A stretch of DNA of 64,000 nt from Psammoneis japonica. Lineage: Eukaryota. Positions within the stretch are counted from its first letter, which is position 1. Every line of letters begins with the position of its first letter. The stretch is taken from assembly GCA_008632985.1 (NCBI GenBank), contig QPGO01000135.1, positions 1 through 64,000 on the forward strand, in the 5' to 3' direction. Below are positions 50,826 to 63,504 of the stretch, piece after piece. Made by a program: the position numbers and the translations under genes. The notes beneath the pieces were generated by a model. The model was not told the origin of the DNA. It made no database searches and worked only from the letters and a program-made list of their open reading frames with translations.

Positions 50826-52474
50826 TCATTTCTGAGCCACTCAGTCAAGAGTGCCACGAAGCTCTGGTTTTCTGTCGTCAAGCCCAGGAAATGTTTGGCG
50901 ACGCCAACAAACAGCAGCTCAACAGCGCCGCCTTTGAAGCCAACGACGACTCTTCTGTTGTTTCAGACCAGTCAGCTCCTCTCTGAAGTTTTTTCCTTGC
51001 TTTGCTGCATTCTCCATCTGCATCTTTCACAGTGCACCTCATTTCTGCATTTTGTTTCTCTCCCTCAGTTTTGCAGACATTCGCCAAAGTTTGTTTTGCA
51101 CTTGAGCTGAGTTCTGTGCTTCACCCATTTCCCATTTTCCGTTTTCCCTTCAGCCTCACCTTTTGGCCTTTGCTTGATGTCCGCTGCCCGAACCCTGTCA
51201 AATTGACACACAATTTTTTGTTTGGCGGTGTCATGTTTTTGTGTCAGTTTGTCTGTGGGTGTGTCATTTCCATGCTGACCTGACATTGATTTTTGTGCTT
51301 GGCAGTGTCATGTCGTCCGTGCTCCCCTTTCCCATTTCCTTTTCCCCGCTCCCATTTGTCATGTGAGGGGAGGCTTGATGAGCTGGGCTGCCCGGTTGTT
51401 TCAGCGTTCAAGTGCCAAGCATGGCAATGGCCACCAAGGAAGGCCGCATGATGGTCGTCATTGCTGGCAGGATTTGAGCAAGATTTCAGTTTGTCACGCA
51501 CAATCATGTGTGCTCTCAGCTCCGGGCACACCACATGATGCAAATTGCTTTCAAGCCACGTGGCTCACAAGAACAACAACAGTGGTGCCGACATCACGAC
51601 ACCAGTCTTTCGGCTCCTGCAACAGTCTCCACACGGAGACTCATCTGCCACTCAGACAGCAGCGAGGAGTCACTGTTTTCTTCCACCCAGTCATCTTCAA
51701 CTTCTGTCAGATCAACAGTCTTGCTCATTCTTGTCCACTGAGCGTTCATCATTGTCGTCGAGAAATTTTTTGCTCACGTGCACAGCTGGCTGTGGAAGCA
51801 CACATCTGCCTTCTTTGCTGCTGGATGCTGGATTAAATCCACACATTTGGTTTTGTCCAACACCTCCCATCATTGCATGTGTTTGTTCAATGGACATTTG
51901 TTTGGTCAGGAATTCCTGATTCTCAGAAATCTGAGATCCCGGATTCCCCGCAGCAGATTCTGCCCTGGTTGGCAGACAGGCCAATCCATCTGCTCGCGCT
52001 CATGTGCGCATGACATGAGCCCTTGACTCTGGCCCTGCTTCGCACATGCCAAGTCCACCGCCTTGCATCTGCACTGGATTGCTGGTCTTCTGCAGTCCTG
52101 CAAGGTCCATGAACATTGGGGCGAGGGTGCAGTTCCCACGTTTGTTCGTCCCTCCACAGCGCCAAATTTGGCTGGCCTGATCGGGTCATCCAACCGACAC
52201 AAAATGAGAACGGTTCGGAGGTCTTGTCCACCTCCAGCTGGCTTGTCAGCATTTTTTTTTAACCCATTGCTCCACTCTCAAGCAACCCAAATTGTCACCA
52301 GCTGCGGGTTCGGACGTGCCGGCACAACTCTGCAGGCAAACGGGATGTCATGGCACGGTGGCTTCTGACTTGCAAGATGGTTCAAGACTTCAAGTCAAGA
52401 CTCAAGCCAAGTTTCAAGTTGTTCCAAGCTCACCTTCCCACTCTGGCCAATCCTGACAATCACCCAGTTGCAAC

Positions 52475-55400
52475 ATGGTTCTGACCAGACAGCAACAAAT
52501 CGATGGCCTCGAGCACATCCTGGGCACTGTTCTGAATCAAGCCGCAGACAGTCCACTGCACTCTGCTCTCAACATTGACAGAACTGACTCGCATCAGGAC
52601 CTCTTTGCTTTTACTCCGACGCAACTGGATGCCCTTGTTTGCAATGACAGTGCCAATCAAATGCCCTTGCCACGTGGTTGCAAAGCACAGACAGCTGCGC
52701 TGATTAGCCTGCACATGGCAAAAGTGCGCGGCAGCACCAATGTCAGCAACAACCCCCAATTGTTCACACACAAGGAGTTCACCAACTGTCGTCTCAGTCC
52801 TGAGCACGCAGCGTCCCTCTCCATGGGCACAGCACCTTCTGCCCCCATTCCTGGCTTGTTGCCACCCAAACCACATGACCCCATGCATGACTTGAAACAA
52901 GGCATCAAACGCGACCCACTCACCTTTGTGCTTCTCAAGTCTGACAAACAGTGGCACACGTGGCACACCTCCATCATTGCACAGGCCCGCTCCCACAAAG
53001 TTGACCGCATTCTTGATCCGAAGCACAAGCCCTCTGCAGCTGAGGACAAGGCCCTGTTCGATGAACAACAGAAGCACATGTTCATTGTGCTCGAATGCAT
53101 CTTGCAGAGTGACAAAGGCAAGGCACTCTTTTGTGAACATGTTGGCTCCTCTGATGCTCAAGCAGTGTGTCGACGCGTTCCAGCTCTAGGTGGGACCTCG
53201 CACTGCTGAACTGTGACACAAATCCTCGGCACGGACCATTTCTTGGCTGGCCAGAAACGTGTCATGCTTGAGAACTCTGTTCAACTGTCAAAGAAATCCT
53301 CGGCACGGACCATTTCTTGGCTGGCCAGAAACGTGTCATGCTTGAGAACTCTGTTCACCCTGTCGAAGAACTGTGCTTGGCAAAGAATCAGGCCGATCAG
53401 TTTCACGCGCAGAATGGCAAGGGCCTTTCTTGTGAGCAGTGCCATGGACTCCTGCTTTCTGCCATGGCACAGCACAACAGCACGTTTGCCCCCAAGACGG
53501 CTCCTTGTGCTCCGCACCGTGCCATCTGCAAACATGACCTGGCCCCCAATGACCCTGACGACGATGCATTCTTCAACATCAACAGTGATGTTGACATCAT
53601 CCAAGCTCATGCTGTGCAAACTCACGGCAACTCCCTTGCCAGGGAACAATGGCATCGCATTCCGCCGGACCATCAGCACATTTGGGACACCTTGCCCCAG
53701 CCCACCAAGGCCATCATTCTTGGCTCGCACGCCGCCCACACGGGCAACTGCCATGACTTGACGGCGGTCAACCTGCACAACCTCCGCATTGGCAGCAATG
53801 GCGATGTCAACTTGTCCGCCAACACTCACGATCTTGCATCGGCCTCTGCACAATCCAACGCCACAGCCAACGCAGCCGATGCTAACCCCATTCTGGCTCA
53901 TCTCACCAGGTGCAAGCCTCTGCCACCCAGTGACTTGCAACTTCTCCTTGCACCTGAGCTGCCTCCTTCTGCCCGTTCTGGAGAGAAACCCCCCAGTGCA
54001 GCATGCCTCGCCACTGGACAACACGGCGAGACCATGCACAAGCCTCTTGTACGTGGCAACGTGGCATTGTAACACGTGCCTGGGAAGCACGACCACAGGA
54101 GGGCGTGGCTCTAGGTCTCAGGCAATTCCAGAAGGATGCTAAGAGAGCATCCGTGTGAAGCACACCAGCCCGTCGTCTGGCCCACGATGGTGGCGTGATT
54201 CCACACGATGACATCACTCGTGCATGGCGCGTGATGGCTTGATTCGCACGATCCACAATGCGAGCGCACGATCGATTTGATGCGATCCAAATGCGAACGA
54301 ACAGGGATTTGGCAAGATTCCCTGTTCACACGATCCCATTTTCTCTGCTCTAAACTAGCTCATGATTTTCACAACGACAAAGTCGCAACACATCTTCTTT
54401 TTCAGCGCCCAGTGCATGCATGGGGCACCAGATTTGCACCTTTCGTCTGCTCTGACGCAAAGCCCGACGACACTGACATTGAGATCAATGGTCATGAACA
54501 CCATCATGTCAACAACCACAATGTCGTCTGCTCTGCCTCAACCCACAAATCCACTTGCAAAGGTGCCCACGTGAATCGCGGTGCAAACAGCGGTGTTGCC
54601 AGTGATGATGTTCATGTCATTGCTCGCGCTGGTTGCCAGGTTGATGTCAAAGGTGTCGACAATTGCCAGCTGGTTGATGTTCCCATTGTCGCTGTGGGTG
54701 GTGTCATCCACACACAACGTGGCCCCATCATCGCCACTCTTCACCAGCATGCCTGCACTGGAAAGGGCAAGACCATGCATTCTTGCGGTCAACTTGAGCG
54801 GCACAAACATGACATCAATGATCGGCCCATCAAGGTCCCCAACGGTCTGCAGCGCATCACCACATTGACAGATGCATCATCCCGATTGACATCAAAGGCG
54901 GCCTTCTGCACATTGCCATGCTCCACACTGATGCCAAATGGGACACCTTGCCACACGCCATCCTCACAGGTGACGACACTTGGGACCCATCTGTCTTCGA
55001 CCACCAGCTCGCCAACAATGAGACGTGGCATGATGCTGCATCTGACATCCAGGCCAACCCGACTGCCAACCACTTTGACGAGTTCGGCAACCATTGCCAC
55101 CGTCATGTCGTCAACAATGCCATGCTTGTGGACTCCGTCCTTGATGACCACCTGCTCCCGACGTCCAATTTCTTCTGCAAATGCCATGAGCATGAGATCA
55201 ATCCAAAGGACCCCAACTTTGAGTCTCTGCGCCCTTGTTTTGGCTTTCTTCCAAAGGACACTGTCTGCCGCACTTTTGATTGCACGACACACAGCACGCA
55301 CTTGAAAAAGGCGCGCAAGTCGCCCAACCCGGCTCTTGACGTCCACTGATGCAATGAACCCGTTGCCACCGACACGGTGCACTCTGACACCCCCGCTGTT

Positions 55401-55744
55401 GACTCCAGCTGCACCAGTGCCCAGCTCTTTGTTGGCACCAAATCCCTTGTCATGGACGTGTGCGGAGCCAAGACTGACAAGAATTTGTCAATGCGCTTGA
55501 AGACAACATTCCCAATCGTGGTGCCCCGTCCAAGCGCATCAGCAACTGTGCTCAAGTTGAGATCAGCAACAAGGTCCTCGGCATCCTCCGCATCCTTTTC
55601 ATCCCCAGTTGGCAGAGTGAGCCTCATCAACAGCACCAGAGTTTTGCTGAACATTGCTGCCAAGCTGTGGAGACCATGGCCAACACTGCCGTGGATCGCT
55701 TGGGGTCCCCGGCTTGCACCTGGCCACTCGCCCTGATGTGCATG
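52475..55744 (+). pseudogene. pol: Copia-2 gag-protease-integrase remnant containing a solo LTR and a MITE stub
   Basis: GIKRDPLTF.LLKSDKQWHTWH...LQSDKGKAL, followed by protease and integrase motifs. Confidence 0.87.
53997..54427 (+). repeat. Gypsy-A solo LTR
   Basis: 431-bp match to the Gypsy-A LTRs, flanked by TSD CCAG. Confidence 0.92.
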
Positions 55745-56065
55745 TGCAACACACAGCCACTTGTGAGAGCCAATGCATCACGGCAACGTGCTGCAGTTTA
55801 AATGTCACAAAGGTCATGACAAGGGTGACCTTTTGTCTGCATGCATGCTGCACCATGAATTCATGGCAGAGTGGTTCATTGCGCAACCATCAGGCAGAAG
55901 GCCAGGGGTTCGAAACCCTGAGTGGGAGTTGTCTGCAGCAATGTTGATCACTGTCGAACGCGCAAAACTCTGCACAAAACAAAACCAAAAATCTGTGTTT
56001 AAGGTGCTGCTGTGCTCCCGCCGCACAACTCTGGCAACAAGCTGGCCCACACCCCCAGTGCACCA

Positions 56066-57040
56066 TCAGCCAGGATCAGCATCACCCTGGGGTGATGCCA
56101 CACCGAAACAACTTGCAATGGCTCTCACACCTCCAACAGCAAGTCGTTTTGCTTCTTTGATGCTTGACTCAAATGTTGGTCTCACCGCAGCTGGCCAATT
56201 ACGAAGATGGTGTGTTGAGTGCATCAAATGTTCTTCTGCCAAATCACACAGTTGTGCCTTGTCTTTCGCCAAGTGCTCATCCGATCGTGAACACATGGCC
56301 CTCGCTTGGGCTTTGGCGTCACGATGCTGGGAAGACTTCCGTGTCTCGGCATCATGTCCATGGATGGCATCATTGTGGTCATCCCACAACTCCCACCGCT
56401 GTTCCCAAATGCAGCCACCTGTTGCAGCTGCCCAATCCAATCGCTTTTCTTGGTCTGAAAGGTTGTGGCAGACACCACTTGCCAACAAATGTGAAGTTTG
56501 CGTGATGTTCCAAGTCTTGGAAAAGCGTCCATTGAACAGTTGACACCAACCCGTCAACGCCTGACTCTGGAATGCCATCACCACACTGCAATGAAAGTCA
56601 TCGATGCAAAGCATCTGCCGCGAAACCAAGCTTCAGTGGCAGAAAAAATAAGATCGTGCAAAGAGGGAGATGTGTGAGTGTCTTCGCACTTCTTTCACAG
56701 GCCTTGCAGGAATTTCCGACACCAAGCTTCGTTGTGTGGGCAGCAGAGAATGTGATCTCCATCTTCCATGGGATCTTGACAGTGAGTGCAACAGTCCGGG
56801 TGTGCTTGATTGAATTGCCGGTTTGCACTTTGCCGACATCGTGGCTCCTCGCAGGACCAAGCCAGCGTCACAGTGAGGCATTCATGGCACATGAAGAGTG
56901 TCACCTGCACAGCGACCCTGATGCTGTCCTGCCAGCCAATCTGCTCTTACATTCAGCGTGCCGCCAAGGACAGGGAGTCAATGGGCAGTGTGTCATCTTG
57001 ATGTCCCTTGACCCAATGGACTGAGATGTCCGTGCCGCAC
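56066..57040 (-). pseudogene. Non-LTR retrotransposon 3' region (end of RNase H, Cys/His finger, C-terminus)
   Basis: HWVKGHQDD...LAAR; CTHCQDPMEDGDHILCC; QALTGWCQLFNGRFSKTW; WELWDDHNDAIHG. Confidence 0.75.
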
Positions 57041-58470
57041 TCGCAGGGAGACAACTCAAATGTCTGCCTCAACCTGGATGATTCCAACTGGCCGCCCAAA
57101 CAGTGTTGATCACACGGTTGCTTTGCTGGCATTGCTGAGCACATGGGCCACCAAATGACGTTCAAGATTCTTTCTGACAACACTCAGAATGTTCTCTGCC
57201 ATTCCAATGTGCACTCTGCCTGTGAGATCCGTCTGCTCCAAACCTGCGTCTTGATCCTCCTGATGAAAAATCTGCTGCACCCATCATTAAATCCCGGCAC
57301 GACTCCAAGGATTTGCCGGATTCACCAGATGGGGAGGCAATCAGGATGCCCAAAATGCCGGTCTTTGACCCCGAGGACATCATCGGACGTGCCTTCCTCA
57401 TGAAGCCACAAGAGGATGGACAACACCACAGAGCCCACATCATCAAAGCCATTGAGGACCATGACTGGAAAATTGGAGGCAATCTTGAGCTGGTCAAGTT
57501 CATTTGCTCCACAAACAATGACGAATGTGAGGAAGTCCCATCCTGCAACAACGTCATGCACCACATCAAGCAAGAAGAGGAGGACACCACCCTCTGGAAG
57601 TTCCGATGCATCGCATCACACGAAGGACCATTGCAACCCCATGATCCCTCCTGAAAAGGCTCAAGCCACAATGTCATGCTTGAGTGGGAGAATGGGGAGA
57701 TCTGATCCAAACCCCTTGCCGTCATTGCCAAGGATGATCCTGTCACATGTGCCATCTGCCCACATGAGCATGGCCTCCTTGAAACTGAAGGATGGAGGCA
57801 TTTTTGCAAGATGGCCCTGCATCAGAAGAAGCTGTTCCGCATGGCCAACCAAGCCAAGTTGCGCTCCTTTTGAAATGCACCACAATGCAAGTGTGGATGT
57901 GAAGTGCCGCGGGACTGCAAGCATGCCTTGGCCCTTGATGAGCGCAATGGCAGCTGCAAGTGGGGAGGTGCAACAGACCTCAAGATGACTCAGCTTGATG
58001 AGCACGAGGTCTTCCATGACTGTTGACATTGCAAAGATTCCAGCACTCCGCTGGGACACAAGAAGATCTGGGTGCATCTTGTCTGCAATGTCAAAAATGA
58101 CGGACGGCACAAAGCAAGGCTTGTTGCCAATGGACACCTCACAGACGTGCCCGTCGACAGTGTCTGTTCCGGAGCAGTGTCTCTTTGCGGCCTGCAAATG
58201 ATGATCTTCCTGGCCAAACTCAACAAACTGGAGACTTGGGCCACCAACAATGGGAATGCCTCTCTTGAAGCTGCGACCAAGGAGAAACTGTGCATTGCAG
58301 CAGGCCCTGAATTCGGCGAGCTGGAAGGACACATCCTTGTCATCCACAAGGCCTTGTGCCGACTCTGCAGCTCTGGCCTCAGATGGCATGAACGCTTTGC
58401 CGATTGCTTGCATGCTGAAGGCTTCTTCCCGCGCAAGCCAAACCCAACATCTGGCTGTGCAGGAATGGTC
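57041..58470 (+). pseudogene. pol: Copia-2 integrase C-terminus and RT (the segment missing from the other copies)
   Basis: GHQMTFKIL; IIGRAFL..QEDGQ; WKFRCIASHEGPL; DDPVTCAI; HLVCNVKNDGRHKARLVA.GHLT. Confidence 0.88.
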
Positions 58471-58689
58471 CATTTGCAACGTAGGATGAGCAAGAGGTGG
58501 CACGCCATCCGACCCAGATGCACAAGCTTCTGCAGCTGTCAGGCTTCTCAGAATTGTCTGTCAGCCCGCTGGGTTGGCCACCTCAGCCAATTTTCATGCA
58601 AGGGCTCCAACGAACACTGGCAATTGCAGCGATTGCCCATGTGATCACGTTTTGTTTCATGCCAAGGCACCATCGCACCCCACTGTCCC

Positions 58690-59630
58690 GACGCGTTCCA
58701 GCTCTGGGTGGGACCTCGCACTGCTGAGCTGCGACACAATCATTTTTTGTCATCCGTCGCATGTTTTGCGCGCACATTTCTGCGTGTTCTGTTGTAAAAA
58801 ATTGTTCCACACTGCCTGTTTTGCAAAGCCAAATGCTTTCTGTTGCGCACATCTGTGACAATGAAAATGCACTGGGTGTGTTCTTTGGTGACTGAAGAAT
58901 GTGCCCAGACACACTGCAAAGAATGTGCTTCAACTGTCGAGGAGGAGATGCACTCGCAAAATTGACTCTGTTTCTGTTGGCGATCATTGACACATGCATT
59001 GCTTGACAATTTTGCTGCAGAGCTCGCACGCAGAATTCTGCAGGCCCAATGTCACAAAAAGTCCCACCTGGCTGCCAAATCGAAAAATTTGCGACATCGC
59101 AAAATTTGCGACAAATTCCGAATCCCCGCACAATCATCGCGCGGCGAGTCGTCGTCGAGAAACGACCCTTGTCACCCTCCAAGATCGTCTTTGCGACGCG
59201 GCCAACATCCTCTGGTGCAATTCAAGGTGCAGGCGTTCTTTCTACTTCGATTAAGAAAAGATGTGATGCACGAGAAATGACAAGAAATCCTCATTTTCAA
59301 AGGAAATTGCCTTCTCGTGACAGCAACTCATGCCGATGCATCGCAAGATTTCAACAAAAAATGACCTTTTTGGATGATTGCACCGCCTTTCCTCACAAAC
59401 AAAACGTCATGTAGCTCTTCACAATGATGGTGATCTGATTGGTTTGTTGTTTCATGTCACTTGCAGACCTTCGGTTGTCGAAACAGCAGCATTTGCTCAT
59501 TTGAAGCGAAAAATGAAGCACTCAGAGACCTCGCACGTGCTTTCATCGTCAAAAAATTCGAGCCATTTGTTTTTATGTTAATTTGCGATTCGCAAATTTT
59601 GCGTTTCAGTGGCTGGGGCTGGAACCCGTC
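58690..59630. mobile_element. GAC-MITE, subfamily C, with a nested insertion in its right TIR
   Basis: TSD TCCC; right TIR split at 59070/59614. Confidence 0.85.
59071..59613. mobile_element. TIR element (~24-bp imperfect TIRs), TG duplicated on both flanks
   Basis: Left end GCTGCCAAATCGAAAAATTTGCGA versus reverse complement of the right end GCCACTGAAACGCAAAATTTGCGA. Confidence 0.65.
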
Positions 59631-60106
59631 TCCCAGTTGATCCAGGACACCAGAACATCGGCGCTGCCGCTCCCACCCCGGCCTCAATCACTTTCACCAT
59701 TTCGGGCTTTTCATCTGCCCAGATGATGTCATTCCTGAGCCACTCAGTCAAGAGTGCCATGAAGCTCTGGTTTTCTGTCGTCAAGCCCAGGAAATGTTTG
59801 GTGACGCCAACAAACAGCAGCTGAACAACGCCGCCCTTGAAGCCAACAACGACTCTTCTGTTGTTTCAGACCAGTCAGCTCCTCTCTGAAGTTTCTTCCT
59901 TGCTTTGCTGCATTCTCCATCTGCATCTTTCACAGTGCACCTCATTTCTGCATTTTGCTTCTCTCTTTCAGTTTTGCAAACATTCACCAAAGTTTGTTTT
60001 GCACTTGAGCTGAGTTCTGTGCTTCACCCATTTCCCATTTCCCATTTTCCCTTCAGCCTCACCTTTTGGCCTTTGCTTGCTGTCCACTGCCCGAACCCTG
60101 TCAAAT

Positions 60107-60841
60107 GGGGCAACGCACTTTTCAAAAGTCCGGTTCCCGCGCCAATCTACACAAAATTTGTGTGTGTAGAATGTGCTGCAAAATTCGCAGTGATCGATTT
60201 GAATTCACTCCGACACACACAAACATCATGGCAACGATGCCGCGACATCAGCGATGGCCACACACGACAACAACAGCCAACTGGGGGGTTCTGGTGCACC
60301 GAGACGACAACGCACATGACAACAAGTGCAGCAAAAATGTTGGATGACAGTGATCGAGTCATTTTGGGAGCTGATTGAGCGACTGGCGACAACTGATTTT
60401 TGACACGCACAACTTGGTGCTGAAAGCACGCAGAGTTTTCGGCCACGGTGAGACTGTTGAGTTTCACTTTTTGTGGAGTGCATTTGGAGTTTTCTTGTTT
60501 GTTTGCATCGACGAAGCACTGAATGAGCACGCGACAAGAGATTTTGATGAAAAGTTGGATTTTCACTCATTGTGGAAGATCATCACGGGGTTTTTAGCAC
60601 GGTGAGCACAAAGGGACAATTTTTGCCCAGATTTTGCAAAGATCCTGTATCCCATCGAATTCGCATGTACAACATTGGTGGATTGATGTGTTTTTTACAT
60701 GCAAGAAGAGCGATGACGTCGATGCACCCGACATGACAGACTTCCGTGTTGCAGTCGTGATGAGTGCAGTGTTGTTGTGTTCTGCTTGCAGATGCCAGTG
60801 CCAGTTCTACGCAAGCAGAATTCCACTGGGAACGTTGCCCC
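60107..60841. mobile_element. TIR element with GGGGCAACG ends and an AT duplication
   Basis: Empty site TGTCAAATTGAC in many paralogs. Confidence 0.75.
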
Positions 60842-61019
60842 ATTGACACACAAATTTTTGTTTGGCGGTGTCATGTTTTTGTGTCAGTTTGTCTGTGGGT
60901 GTGTCATTTCCATGCTGACCTGACATTGATTTTTGTGCTTGGCAGTGTCACATTGTCCGTGCCCCCCTTTCCCATTTCCTTTTCCCTGCTCCCATTTGTC
61001 ATGTGAGGGGAGGCTTGAT

Positions 61020-63150
61020 CAGCTGGGCTGCTTGTTTCAGCACTCAAATGCCAAGCATGGCAGCAGCCATCGAGGCCGGCCACATGACGATTGTCATTGC
61101 AGCCTCTGCTGCAATCAAACAGCTGCACCCCGGCCACGACTTGTTCCAGACTTGGGTGGCGCGCACATGCCCCTTTTCGCAGAAAAAACAATCATTTGTG
61201 CTTTGTTCAACATCGTGCACATTTCATCACATTGATCACATCAATTGCTTGCAAGCAAAATGAACAGAATGAACTTGAACAAACAAACAGCCAAACGGCC
61301 ATGGCTTTCAGTGACCATGACGGCCCACTTTTTTCAGCCTTGTGGAAAATTCAATGTCATGATGAGGACCTTTGTATTTGATGTAGTCTGAGGCATCAAC
61401 AACAACAGTGAAAATGCTTGCCACAGGCTGCAGCGCGGCACAATGATGCCAAATCTGTCAGCAACAACAATTGAGCATCAGCTCACTCACAATTTGCCTC
61501 CAAGGACCATTTCTTTGCCATCACCATGTACATTTCCTCAACATGTTCGACTGATTAAGTGCATCAATCGTTCATGCCTTTCAAACAGTGAAAAATGGTC
61601 CAAAGTTGATGCCATTGCGTGGGCTGAGCTGCCCTTCTTCTCACGTCATCCGAAACTTGTCAATCAATGCATGTTTTGTTCAATCCGTTGAATGACAGTT
61701 GCATTCACGCATTTTAACCAAAGATAAATTGTGTCATGTTAGAGGTTTAATTTGTGCACAAGAGTGGTGTTTTGTGCGTTTCTCCACACATTGAGACATC
61801 TGCAAATCGCTCCTCAGAAAACAGAGCTCTCAACTTACGGCACAATTTAGCGACTGACAACTGAGTCCATCCACAGTTTCGAATACATGGGTGCACGCAC
61901 AAGACCTTTCTGCATGTGCCCACAACAACACATTTGAAAATTGTCATGTTTTTACCATCGAAAATGGTGCCGCAAGTGTGGACCGCGCGTTTCATGCGGA
62001 AAAGGGTCATTTTTTCGCACGTGAGCGCACCTGAGTCTGGAACAAGTCCCACATTGCAGAAGATCCGGCGCCGATGGTTTGGTTCCTGAACAGAGCGGCA
62101 CATCCACATGACTTTCTTGAATTGGCAAAAACATGTCGGTCCTCAAGCCCTCCGTGGCAGTGCGATCCGTCGCCACTGAGCACAAGTTCTCTGCTCAAGC
62201 GAGCCAGCTCATCAAGTCTCGTTCGGCGATCAAACCACTTGATGGGCACCCGCACTTCCCCTCTGCATTCCTGGCCCCAAGCGTCATGCATCCATGAAAG
62301 GAGCAACCTTTTTGTCAGGTGCCGTTTGCAGTGTGGGATGGGCAAGAGGTTGTGTGCCATCCGATCCAGATGCGCGAGCTTCTGTGGCTGCCGGGCTTCT
62401 TGGAGCTGTCCATCGGCCGACTGGGTGTGCCAACAGAGCTGATTCTCATGCAAGGACTCCAACAAACACAGGAAATTGCAGCAGCCACCCATGTGACCAC
62501 TGTTTTGTTTCATGCCAAGGCGCCATTGCACCACACTGTCCCAGTTGACCCAGGACAACAGAGCATCAACGCCGCCATTCCCGCCCCGGCTGCACTCACG
62601 TTGGCGGCCACACCACTTGACACAGCAACAATTTTGTTTCTTCCATCAGATTGTGTGCTTGCCAGCTGCACCTTGTACAAAGCACATGCGCAACTTCGCT
62701 TGCTGCCGTGCAATGAACCATGGTCAGCGGTCTTTTGGATCTTTGGTCTCCTGGCAGAGTGCCATCAATGGCAGGGGACATCAAAATCCTTGCATGTCTG
62801 GATGGCATGACAAGTGTTGCCCTCGTGGGCTGCTTCTAAAAAATTGTTTTTGTGGAAGAGGCAGCACGTGTGGTGATGGCAAAGTTCTCTGTGGCAGTGG
62901 GGTTGCCCCCGTTGATTGTGGTGGATGTGGGCTCACTCTTCACGGGCATCTTCATCCAGCTGTTCAAAATCATCCAAGTTCCAGTGTTGCCGGTGCTGCA
63001 AGAAAATCATTGGGTGGCACGCAATGAGCAGCTCCACTGACATTTAAACAAGGTGGTGTGCATCAATGTGGCCAACACATCGTCAATGGCATTGTGGAAG
63101 CAAGCAGCGCATTTCACCTTGTGCGCCTGGGGTGCATCGCCAACCAACAT
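61020..63150 (+). pseudogene. pol: Gypsy-B RNase H-integrase remnant
   Basis: GLPPLIVVDVGSLFTGIF...ENHWVARNEQLH*HLNKV. Confidence 0.7.
61138..62048. mobile_element. Longer (911-bp) relative of the GAC-MITEs
   Basis: TIR GACTTGTTCCAGACT..GGTG; TSD CCAC. Confidence 0.85.
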
Positions 63151-63504
63151 GATGGGTCTGCCCGGGTCAAATTGCGAGTGAGTTGAGGCTCAATTGTTGG
63201 TGCTGAAAGATTGAGTCTTCTTGTGCTGTGCTGCAGCCTCCATCAAGCATCTTCATTGTTGCAGCAGATGCCGCAGACTGCCGCCCTCATCACTCTTCAA
63301 AGCTCGCTTTGTGCTTGAGCTGAGTTCTGCACTTTGCCTGTTTTCCATTTCCTTTTCCCTTCTCAGCTTTGCTTTCCCTTCAGCCTCACCTTTTGGCCTT
63401 TGCCCACTGTCCACTGCCCAAACCCTGTCAAATTGACACACAATTTTTTGTTTGGCGGTGTCATTTTTTTGTCAGTTTGTCTGTGGGTGTTTCATTTCCA
63501 TGCT

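Larger units (their letters stand above)
1..63504 (+). repeat. Higher-order mosaic array: chimeric unit of Gypsy-B, non-LTR, unknown and Copia-2 remnants repeated ~5 times
   Basis: The same modules and the same chimeric junctions recur in similar order. The non-LTR/tail junction is at ~1137, 20328, 34400, 43157 and 50825; the Copia RT/Gypsy-B junction is at ~25366, 38349 and 58470. The module ending GAGGGGAGGCTTGAT recurs about 10 times. Confidence 0.85.

Noticed and set aside
4531..59630. CRISPR-like array from the recurring GACGCGTTCCAG motif
   Set aside because: The motifs occur as inverted pairs 330-400 bp apart with TSDs, not as direct repeats with unique spacers; no cas genes are present.
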